This document shows positions 7,652-18,532 of a stretch of 64,000 nucleotides of DNA, in pieces. The DNA is taken from positions 1,248,001-1,312,000 of the forward strand of contig CAWHDR010000001.1 of assembly GCA_963828165.1 (NCBI GenBank), written 5' to 3'. Source of the DNA: an uncultured Chloroflexia bacterium (GTDB taxonomy: Bacteria > Chloroflexota > Limnocylindria > Limnocylindrales > CSP1-4). The translations under genes and the position numbers were made by a program. Within the stretch, counting starts at the first letter, position 1. The number at the start of each line of letters is the position of its first letter. Under the pieces are notes generated by a model. That model had not been told where the DNA came from and did no database searches. It saw only the letters and a list, made by a program, of their open reading frames with translations.

Positions 7652-9019
7652 TCAAGCAGCCGCGCGGAACGACCGCCCGGTCGCAGATCCGGCGAGCAGC
7701 TCGAGCGCGCGGTCGAGCGTCGGATCCGTGTTGGGGTCCAGCTCCGCGGGGAGCTCGACCAGCACCTGTGGCTCCAGCCCGATGTCGTGGATCCAGCGTT
7801 TGCTCGGCGTGAGCCAGCGGGCGATCGTCAGGCGGAATGCGCCGCCTTCGCCGGTCAGCTCCTGCCACTGCTGGACGGTCCCCTTGCCGAACGACGTCTG
7901 GCCGACGAGGGTGGCCCGCCCGGTGTCCTGCAGCGCTCCGGCCACGATCTCGCTGGCGGACGCACTGCCGCCGTCGATCAGGCAGGCGATTTGCAGGTCC
8001 GGGCTCGTCGCCACACCGCCCGGTTGGGCGTCGGTCGAGACCTGCGTGCCGTCCGCATCTTCCTCCCAGAACACGGGTCCGGACGCGATGAACTGGCTGG
8101 CCACGGCCCGTGCAGCTGTCACATAGCCGCCGGGATTGCCGCGGAGGTCGAGGATGAGCTTGGTCCGATCCGCATCCAGGTGTCTTCGCAGGGCGGAGGC
8201 GAGTTCCGTGGCGCCCCGATCGGAGAACCCGTTGAGCCGGACGTAGCCCACGGTACCGTCGGCGTAGTCCCGGGAGACGACCTCCTCCTGGAGGATGACG
8301 TCTCGGACGATCTCGAGCGCGAAGGACTCCTGGCCGTCACGCTGGATGCTCAGCGTGACGATGCTGCCCTTCGGTCCGCGGATCCGCTCACGCGCGCCGT
8401 CCACGTTCTGTCCATCGAACGACACGCCGTCCGCGGCCAGGATCAGGTCCCCGGTCCGGAGGTCCGCCCGTTCCGCCGGCGAGCCCGCCAGCGGCGCCAC
8501 GACCACCAGCCGGCAGTCCGGGCCGAGCGTCGCGCAGCCCTGGGTGCCATCGGCCGCCTGGGTCGCGATCTCGACGCCGATGCCCTCGAATTCGCCGCTG
8601 ATGCCCTGGAGCGTGTCGTGGTACTCGTCCGAGGTCAGATACGAGGAATACGGGTCGCCGAGCGCGTCGATCATCCCGCGGATGGCGCCCTGGACGATGG
8701 CGTCGCGGTCGACCTCGCCACCCGCATAACGGTCGTTGATCGAGTGGTACGTGTCCCAGAACGGCCGGAACGCCGCGTCCTCGCTGACCGGGGTGCCCGG
8801 CTCGAGCGCCGTCTGGCGACCCATCGAGTAGCCGGACATGAACAGCGCGCCGCCGGCCAGCAGCGCGACGACGACGATAGCGGTCACCAGGACCGGGGAG
8901 GTGGGACGGGCCACCGGAGGCGACGGAGGCGACGGAACCGGGGTGAGCGGGACGCCTGGTGGCGCAGGAGCGTGAGGAAGTTCGGGAGGCTCAGGAGGCT
9001 CGGGATCGCTTGACTGCAT
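7652..9019 (-). CDS. ctpA: S41 family carboxyl-terminal processing protease
   Basis: N-terminal TM segment, LGDPYS, PDZ (FEGIG), LILDLRGNPGG, SASASEIVAGAL and SFGKGTVQ. Confidence 0.93.
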   Translation of the reverse strand: MQSSDPEPPEPPELPHAPAPPGVPLTPVPSPPSPPVARPTSPVLVTAIVVVALLAGGALFMSGYSMGRQTALEPGTPVSEDAAFRPFWDTYHSINDRYAGGEVDRDAIVQGAIRGMIDALGDPYSSYLTSDEYHDTLQGISGEFEGIGVEIATQAADGTQGCATLGPDCRLVVVAPLAGSPAERADLRTGDLILAADGVSFDGQNVDGARERIRGPKGSIVTLSIQRDGQESFALEIVRDVILQEEVVSRDYADGTVGYVRLNGFSDRGATELASALRRHLDADRTKLILDLRGNPGGYVTAARAVASQFIASGPVFWEEDADGTQVSTDAQPGGVATSPDLQIACLIDGGSASASEIVAGALQDTGRATLVGQTSFGKGTVQQWQELTGEGGAFRLTIARWLTPSKRWIHDIGLEPQVLVELPAELDPNTDPTLDRALELLAGSATGRSFRAAA

Positions 9020-9044
9020 GGCTACGTGGTACGGCCCCCGGGCA

Positions 9045-9929
9045 CTAGCGGATGAGGTACGTGCGGACGGACACCCATGATCCGAGGATGCCCAGCCCGA
9101 CGCCGGTGCCCATCACCAGCGTCACGAGATCGCGCGTCAGCGAGCCGACCTCGAGGGGCAGCACGCGGAAGAACTCGACCATGAAGCCGCTCAATGGATC
9201 GGCCGCGGCGGCGAGCACCGCCAGCGTGAGCGCCGCGCCCAGAAACCCGACGAAGGCGCCTTCGAAGATGAACGGCCACCGAATGAATGCGTCTGACGCC
9301 CCGACGAGCCGCATGATCTCGATCTCCTCTGCCCGCGCGAACACGGCCAGGCGGATCGTATTGACGATGATGAACAGCGCGATGACCCCGACGACCAGGA
9401 GCAGGACCGTCCCCGCGGTGCGCAGGATGTTCGTGACGGTGAGGACGCGCTCGACGAGGTCCTCGATGTTGATCACGTTGCGAACGGCGGGGTCCTCGCG
9501 CATCGCCTCGCCCACTGTGCGGACGGCGGACGGGTCGACAAGCTTCACTTCCAGGCTGGCATGGAGCGGGTTGCTTTCGAGGTACTGCGTCAGGTCCTCA
9601 CGACCCTGCGCCTTCATCCTCTCCCGGAAGCGCTCGAGTGCGACGTCGCGGGTGATGTACTCGACGGTGTCCACCTGGGGCATCGCCTCGAGCTCGGTCC
9701 GAAGCTCCGACACCTGCCGGTCGCTGACGTTGGGATGGAGGTACGCGACGACCTCGACCTTCTGCTCGGTGAACTCGAGCCCGGCCAGCAATCCCGCCTG
9801 GATGATGAAGAAGCCGGCGAGCAGCAGCAGCATCAGCACCATGGTCGCCGTGGCCGCCAGGCTCATCAACGCGTTCCGCCAGAAGCCCTGCCACGCGCGC
9901 CGGATGCTGAAGAAGAGGAACGAGATCAC
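9045..9929 (-). CDS. ftsX: Cell division permease FtsX
   Basis: IVNTIRLAVFARAEEIEIMRLVGASDAFIRWPFIFEG; downstream of ftsE. Confidence 0.96.
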   Translation of the reverse strand: MISFLFFSIRRAWQGFWRNALMSLAATATMVLMLLLLAGFFIIQAGLLAGLEFTEQKVEVVAYLHPNVSDRQVSELRTELEAMPQVDTVEYITRDVALERFRERMKAQGREDLTQYLESNPLHASLEVKLVDPSAVRTVGEAMREDPAVRNVINIEDLVERVLTVTNILRTAGTVLLLVVGVIALFIIVNTIRLAVFARAEEIEIMRLVGASDAFIRWPFIFEGAFVGFLGAALTLAVLAAAADPLSGFMVEFFRVLPLEVGSLTRDLVTLVMGTGVGLGILGSWVSVRTYLIR

Positions 9930-9935
9930 CGGCGG

Positions 9936-10712
9936 TCAGTCCTCACGGTGATACGCGCCACCGACCTCGTCGCGGATGATCCGGCCCTCCTCGAGGGCCA
10001 CGACGCGCTTGCGGAGCGCCGTCACGACCTCCGCGTTATGCGTGGCCATGAGGACCGTGACCCCGAGCTCGTTGATGCGCAGGAGCAGCTGCAGGATCTC
10101 CCAGCTGATCAGTGGGTCGAGGTTGCCGGTGGGTTCGTCCGCGATGATCAGGCGCGGGTCGTGCACGAGCGCACGGGCGATCGCCGTTCGCTGCTGCTCG
10201 CCGCCCGACAGCTGGTTGGGGGTCTGCTTGGCCTGCGCGGAGAGGCCGACGATCGCCAGCACCTGGTCCACGGCGGGCCGGATCCCCCGACGCGGGTAGC
10301 CGGTCACCTCGAGCGCGAATGCGACGTTCTCCCAGACGGTCTTGGTCGGCAGCAGCTTGAAGTCCTGGAAGATGATCCCGATCTTGCGGCGCATGCGCGG
10401 CACCTGCCGCCGCGGCAGGCGGGCGAGATCCTGGCCGTCGAGGACGACGTCCCCGCGCGTGGCGATCTCATCGCGGATCAGCAGCTTGATCAACGTCGAC
10501 TTGCCGGCGCCGGACGGCCCGACGAGGAACACGAAGTCGCCCTCGGGGATCACGAGGTCGACGTCGCGCAGTGCGACCTTGCCGTTCGGATACCGCTTCG
10601 TGACGTCGTGCAGGACGAGGACCGCTCGATCCGGGACGGCCTGGTCACGGCCACGGTCGAGGATCCGGCGGCGAAGCGAGCGGGTTGGCGATGGCGGAGG
10701 GGCGACGGTCAC
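9936..10712 (-). CDS. ftsE: Cell division ATP-binding protein FtsE
   Basis: GPSGAGKST, IFQDFKLL, LSGGEQQR, ADEPTGNLD and ATHN. Confidence 0.96.
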   Translation of the reverse strand: MTVAPPPSPTRSLRRRILDRGRDQAVPDRAVLVLHDVTKRYPNGKVALRDVDLVIPEGDFVFLVGPSGAGKSTLIKLLIRDEIATRGDVVLDGQDLARLPRRQVPRMRRKIGIIFQDFKLLPTKTVWENVAFALEVTGYPRRGIRPAVDQVLAIVGLSAQAKQTPNQLSGGEQQRTAIARALVHDPRLIIADEPTGNLDPLISWEILQLLLRINELGVTVLMATHNAEVVTALRKRVVALEEGRIIRDEVGGAYHRED

Positions 10713-10875
10713 TCAGGACTCCGTGAGCGAGGCAGGGCGACGCGAGTCGCCGCCGACTCGGGTCGGCTCGACTCCATCCGCGGGCACGGCAAGAGGAGCC
10801 ACGTAGGTCCCGAGGCTACCACCGGGTCCATGACCGGGCAAACAGGACGATGGTGCCCCCAGGCACCGCCTCTCG

Positions 10876-11907
10876 TCAGAGGAGACCGGGCGAAATCGGC
10901 AGGTAGCGGGTCAGGTCCGCGAAGGGTTGGTCCCAGCACAGCAGGACCGGAAACTGGTCAAGCCGGAAGCCGGACTGGAGTGCCGGTACGACCGCGCGAT
11001 CGGCCGTCCCGGGCAGCCACAGGGCGAAGGCGCCGCGCGGGATCACCGCGCTCGAGAGGTGGCCAAGGATCGGGGCGAGCAGCGCCGGATCGTGAACGGC
11101 CACCGGGCCGATCCGGCCGGCCTCGGACGCGTAGCCGTAGCCCACCGCGGCACCGTCGGGGCCGCGGTACAGCCAGCCGGTGCGGTTCTCCTGGCGCAGG
11201 AACCGGTGGTCCGCCGGATGGGCGACGCCGAGGACTTCGCGATCGAGCGCATCGATCGCGTTCGCCAGGTGCCGATGCCCCTCACCATCGGGCTCGTCGA
11301 TGACATCAGAAAAGGCCGTGGGGACGACCCCCGACGGCAACGTGCCGAACGCATCGGGGTGCTGCGGCAACCCGATGAGGTTGAGGAGGGGGATGCGCGG
11401 CACGATGCCCGCCGAGGCATATAGCGCGTTGCTGATCGGCTGGGCGCTGTCGGTCGCCGTGGCCCGGAACGACGCCTCGCCGTCCCCCGGGGCGACGTGT
11501 GCCAGGAGCGCGCGGCCCAGGCCGGCGCCCTGGAGCCCGGGGCGCACGAAGAGCATCGAGAGGAACCACAGGCGCTCGCGCATCACGGCCGCGGCGAACG
11601 CGACGATCCGCTCGCCGCCCTGTCCGTTCTCGCCGGTGGCGCCGTCGTCCCCCCCGGCGGCGGTCGCATCCGCGGGCATCGTGGCGACGACGAACCGCTC
11701 CGGGTCAGTGGACTGGAGGTGTGCGTAGAGTCTGAGCAGCGAGGCCGTCTCGGGCGGCACGTCCGGCTGGTTGAGCCGTCGTGTGTAGTCGTTGATCCCG
11801 TCACGCCAGACCTCGGCGCAGTCCGCCAGCTCGTCGCTGCGGACGGGGCGATACGAGATGCCGACGCCCGTCCCTCCGCCCGCGATGACCGGCGACGCCT
11901 CGGTCAC
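10876..11907 (-). CDS. GNAT family N-acetyltransferase
   Basis: LSMLFVRPGLQGAGLGRALL acetyl-CoA motif. GTG 11907 overlaps the prfB stop. Confidence 0.85.
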   Translation of the reverse strand: MTEASPVIAGGGTGVGISYRPVRSDELADCAEVWRDGINDYTRRLNQPDVPPETASLLRLYAHLQSTDPERFVVATMPADATAAGGDDGATGENGQGGERIVAFAAAVMRERLWFLSMLFVRPGLQGAGLGRALLAHVAPGDGEASFRATATDSAQPISNALYASAGIVPRIPLLNLIGLPQHPDAFGTLPSGVVPTAFSDVIDEPDGEGHRHLANAIDALDREVLGVAHPADHRFLRQENRTGWLYRGPDGAAVGYGYASEAGRIGPVAVHDPALLAPILGHLSSAVIPRGAFALWLPGTADRAVVPALQSGFRLDQFPVLLCWDQPFADLTRYLPISPGLL

Positions 11908-13032
11908 GCGGCGTCGCCCGTATCGTCCCCGCGCCACTCCCCGCCGGTGGCGAGCCGCTCCAGCTCGGCCTGCATGAAGGCGTCGAGGTCGCCATCGAGC
12001 ACCGCGGACGTGTTGCCGGTCTCGTGACCCGTTCGCAGGTCCTTGACCATCTGGTACGGGTGCAGGACGTAGCTCCGGATCTGGTTGCCCCAGCCGGCCT
12101 CGACGTGCTCGCCCTTGAGCTCGCGAAGCTCGGCCTCCTTCTCCTCCAGCGCGCGCTCGAGGAGACGGGACTTGAGGACCTTGGTGGCATTCTCCTTGTT
12201 CTGGACCTGCGAGCGCTCGTTCTGGCTCTGGACGACGATCCCGGTCGGGGCGTGGGTGAGACGCACGGCCGAGTCGGTCTTGTTGACGTGCTGGCCGCCG
12301 GCGCCCTGAGCCCGATACGTATCCACCCGGATCTGGTCCCAGTCCAGCTCGATCTCGATGTCGTCGTCCGCCTCAGGCAGGACCTCGACGAGGGCGAAGG
12401 TCGTCTGGCGCCGGTTCTGCGAATCGAACGGGCTGATGCGCACCAGGCGATGCACCCCGCGTTCAGCGCGCAACCAGCCGTAGGCGCGTCGCCCGGCCAC
12501 CTCCACGGTCACGCTCTTGAGCCCGGCCTGCTCACCCTCCTGCTGATCGATGATCTCGGTCTTGAAGCGATGAACGTCGGCCCAGCGCAGGTACATGCGC
12601 AGGAGCATCTCCGCCCAGTCCGTGGCCTCCGTCCCGCCGGCCCCGGCGCTGATCGACAGGATCGCCGAGCGCTCGTCGTGCACACCGGAGAACAGGAGGG
12701 CCGTCCGTTCTCGCCCAAAGTCCTTCTCGAGCGCGCCGGCATCCCGTTCCTGCTCCGCTTCGAGGTCCGCGTCCGGAGCTTCGTCGAGCAGCTCGAGCGC
12801 CGCCTCGAGATCGTCGGCGCGAGCCAGGAGGTCCTGCCACGTGTCGAGCTCGGAACGAAGACCATCGGCCTCGCGCAGCACCTTCTGGGCGCCGCGCTGG
12901 TCGTCCCAGAAGCCCGGTTCCTGGGTCAGCGCCTCGAGCTGGCTGACGCGCTCGGATTTGGCCTCGAGGTCAAAGGCGCCCCGAGGTCGACCGGATCCGT
13001 TCGGCCAGGTCGCGGATGGCGGACGAATCCAC
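11904..13032 (-). CDS. prfB: Peptide chain release factor 2 with programmed +1 frameshift
   Basis: GTG 13032 opens MDSSAIRDLAERIRSTSGRL, then CTT TGA C, and continues in +1 as DLEAKSERVSQLE..PGFWDD. SPF and GGQ motifs are present. Confidence 0.96.
12969..12982 (-). promoter_or_regulatory. prfB frameshift site GGGG-CGC-CTT-TGA-C
   Basis: Canonical CUU UGA C with an internal SD-like GGGG 3 nt upstream. Confidence 0.93.
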
Positions 13033-13256
13033 TAGTTCCGGACCTGGAGATCCTGGAGCAGCAGCGGCCGCAGCTCGATGAGCCGCAGGGCCGTCTTGCT
13101 CCGCGCGACGACGGGGTTCACGCATGGACAGTAGCTGTTGTGCGGGCACACGCCGCAGTTTCCGTCGCAATCCAGCGCCGCGGCGTAGCTGCAGGAGCGA
13201 CAGTCGCGCTCGCAAGCGATCAGATCGACGAACGCGGCATCTTCTGCCTGCTTCAC
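13032..13256 (-). CDS. Cysteine-rich 74-aa hypothetical protein (two CxxxCxxC motifs plus CxC)
   Basis: SD AGGGAG before GTG, its own promoter, and a stop overlapping the prfB start (TAGTG); 8 Cys. Confidence 0.75.
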   Translation of the reverse strand: MKQAEDAAFVDLIACERDCRSCSYAAALDCDGNCGVCPHNSYCPCVNPVVARSKTALRLIELRPLLLQDLQVRN

Positions 13257-13367
13257 GGACTCTCCCTATCTACGCGCTGGGCACAAGCGGTGTGGGCTGG
13301 GAGCGACCTGCCTTGGGGCGACCTGCCTGGGGGGCTCGGGTGGCCTCGGGGCGACAGGTTTTGGCAC

Positions 13368-13396
13368 AGTATACGAGGCCAATCCCCCACCGCCAA
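13368..13396 (-). promoter_or_regulatory. Sigma70-type promoter TTGGCG-N17-TATACT
   Basis: Near-consensus -10 with a 17-nt spacer, about 110 nt upstream of the Cys-rich ORF. Confidence 0.7.
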
Positions 13397-13474
13397 GAGG
13401 GTACTTTCCGGCGGCCCGCTGCCCGGGACGTCCGGGCCGCCGATCGCCGACACGCGGCCGACGGCGGGCGGCAC

Positions 13475-14071
13475 CTAGGGCGATTCGCCGGTGACGAAGT
13501 ACAGGGCGAGGGCCCCCAGCTCGTGCATGGTCGCGTCGACTCGTGCCGCGGCATCGTCCTCGAGCGGACTCGTGCGTGTCGGGGAACCGTACGCGTCGAT
13601 CCCGACGTCGGCGGCCATGCGCAGCACCCGCAACATGTGCGTCGGGTCGGAGACGAACACGGCGCTGTGCAGGTCCTCGTCATCCATGAGTGCCGCCACC
13701 CGCCGGATCGACTGGAGGGTCGTCCGGCTCGTGTCCTCGGCGAGGATCGCGCCCTCGGGCACGTCGTGGCGGATGGCGTACTCGCGGGCGCTCGCGGCCT
13801 CCGTGGTCCGGTCGCCTTCGCGCTTGCCCCCGGTCACGATGATCCGCGGGGCGACCCCCTCGTGGTAGAGCGCGATGGCGTGATCGAGCCGGGCCGCGAA
13901 CAACCGGGAGGGGCGGCCGTCGTACTGGGCCGCGCCCATGACCACGATGGCGTCCGCGGCGCGGCGCTCATCACGGCCGGCCTGGTCCCAGATCCGGTAC
14001 GCGGCATACCCGACCACGGCGGCGGAGCCGACGACCCCGATCAAGACGATGCGAACAAGACCCCGCGACAA
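13475..14071 (-). CDS. YdcF/ElyC/SanA family (DUF218) protein
   Basis: N-terminal TM segment, ADAIVVMGAA, ARLDHA..LY, IIVTGG, TEA and VSDPTHMLR. Start uncertain (TTG 14071 assumed). Confidence 0.88.
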   Translation of the reverse strand: MSRGLVRIVLIGVVGSAAVVGYAAYRIWDQAGRDERRAADAIVVMGAAQYDGRPSRLFAARLDHAIALYHEGVAPRIIVTGGKREGDRTTEAASAREYAIRHDVPEGAILAEDTSRTTLQSIRRVAALMDDEDLHSAVFVSDPTHMLRVLRMAADVGIDAYGSPTRTSPLEDDAAARVDATMHELGALALYFVTGESP

Positions 14072-14082
14072 TCCGCCGGCGC

Positions 14083-17121
<3,039 letters not shown>

Positions 17122-17167
17122 GGAACGGTGAGTATACGGTCAGAGCGCCGGAAGCCCCTCGTTCGGA

Positions 17168-17419
17168 CTAGCCCCAGAAGCCGGTCCCGTAGCCCAGGAT
17201 CAGGATCAGGAACGTCAACGCGCCGAGGCCCAGCCAGAACAGGACGGACATGAATGCCGACGTCGGGTTCATCTCCGGGTTCTTCAGGTCGGGCAGGCGC
17301 TTGCGCCGCAGGCCCACGCCCCAGCGTGGCGACCGCAGCTGATCCTGCCAGTCCCGTTCGCCGACGGGGCTCGGCTCCAGGCCGCCCTCGCCGTCGGGTC
17401 GATGCAGCTGCAGGCTCAT
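17168..17419 (-). CDS. Small hypothetical membrane protein (83 aa, C-terminal TM)
   Basis: ATGA overlap with the prs stop, one clear C-terminal hydrophobic helix, and it fills the prs-secA gap. Confidence 0.7.
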   Translation of the reverse strand: MSLQLHRPDGEGGLEPSPVGERDWQDQLRSPRWGVGLRRKRLPDLKNPEMNPTSAFMSVLFWLGLGALTFLILILGYGTGFWG

Positions 17420-18528
17420 CGCTCGCTCGCGGGTACGCCGCCGGCAAGGGCCGCTCTTGAGGGCTCCTCGTCGTCGGGGGCCGGTCCGTTCCCGGCGGGA
17501 GGCAGGTCGCCGCCCTCATCCCAGAGGAGCATCTCCTGGGTGAAGGAGACCTCGCTCGAGAACAGGGCGCCGACCGACTCGCCGCGGTGGATGCGCTTGA
17601 TCGCCTCGCCGATGAGCGGCGCGACGGACAGCACGGTCAGCTTGGGGATGCGCTTCGACGGGGCAAGCGGCACGGAGTCCGTGATCACCACCTCGCGCAC
17701 CGAGCTCTCGCGGATGCGCTCGATCGCGGGGTCGCTCATGACGCCGTGGGTGGCACACGCGTACATCTCGGTCACGCCCTCGCGTTCCAGTGCGCGGACG
17801 ATCTCGACGAGCGTGCCCGCCGTGTCGATCTCGTCGTCGACGATGACCACGCGCTTGCCGCGCACCTCGCCGATGACGTTCATCAGCTCCGCTCGATCGA
17901 GGTTGCCGACGCGGCGCTTCTCGATGATCGCGAGCGGTGCATCCAGCAGCTCGGCGAACGCGCGAGCGCGTTTTGCGAACCCGAGATCCGTCACGACCAC
18001 CAGATCGTCGAGGTGTTTGTCGATGAAGTAGCGCGACAGCATGTGGACCGCGGTCAGCTCATCGACCGGGATGTTGAAGAAGCCCTGGATCTGGCCCTGG
18101 TGAAGGTCCATCGAGAGGACCCGGTCCGCGCCGGCCACGGTGATCATGTCCGCGATGAGGCGCGCCGTGATCGGCACGCGCGGCTGGTCCTTCTTGTCCG
18201 ACCGACCGTACGCGTAGAAGGGGATGACCGCCGTGATCCGGCCGGCCGACGCCCGTTTGAAGGCGTCGATCATGATCAGGAGCTCCATGATCGACTGGTT
18301 GACCGGGTGCGAGGTCGGCTGGACGATGAAGACGTCCTTCTCGCGCACGTTGTCCAGGATCTTGACGAAGATGTTCTCGTTGGCGAACTGGAACACCTCC
18401 GCCTTGCCCGGTTCCGTGCCGAGATAGCGGGCGATCTTGTGGGCGAGATCGGGGTTGGCGTTCCCGTGGTAGATCTCGAACTGGTCCGCGTACAAGGGCG
18501 CCGCCTCCCGTTGGCCGAAGACCGTCAT
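17416..18528 (-). CDS. prs: Ribose-phosphate pyrophosphokinase
   Basis: MELLIMIDAFKRASA, PFYAYGRSDKK, MDLH..QIQGFF and VDDEIDTAGT. ATG 18528 follows the gyrA stop. Confidence 0.96.
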   Translation of the reverse strand: MTVFGQREAAPLYADQFEIYHGNANPDLAHKIARYLGTEPGKAEVFQFANENIFVKILDNVREKDVFIVQPTSHPVNQSIMELLIMIDAFKRASAGRITAVIPFYAYGRSDKKDQPRVPITARLIADMITVAGADRVLSMDLHQGQIQGFFNIPVDELTAVHMLSRYFIDKHLDDLVVVTDLGFAKRARAFAELLDAPLAIIEKRRVGNLDRAELMNVIGEVRGKRVVIVDDEIDTAGTLVEIVRALEREGVTEMYACATHGVMSDPAIERIRESSVREVVITDSVPLAPSKRIPKLTVLSVAPLIGEAIKRIHRGESVGALFSSEVSFTQEMLLWDEGGDLPPAGNGPAPDDEEPSRAALAGGVPASER

Positions 18529-18532
18529 CAGC

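Noticed and set aside
10709-10939. 76-aa ORF ending on the ftsE start, a possible further bridge ORF
   Set aside because: It starts inside the GNAT gene in another frame, and a separate -10-like TAGCCT exists for ftsE; likely chance.
17960-18005. Prs motif VVTDLGFAKRA instead of SPDxGGxxRA
   Set aside because: Other catalytic and PRPP-binding motifs are intact; probably a lineage variant rather than a new function.
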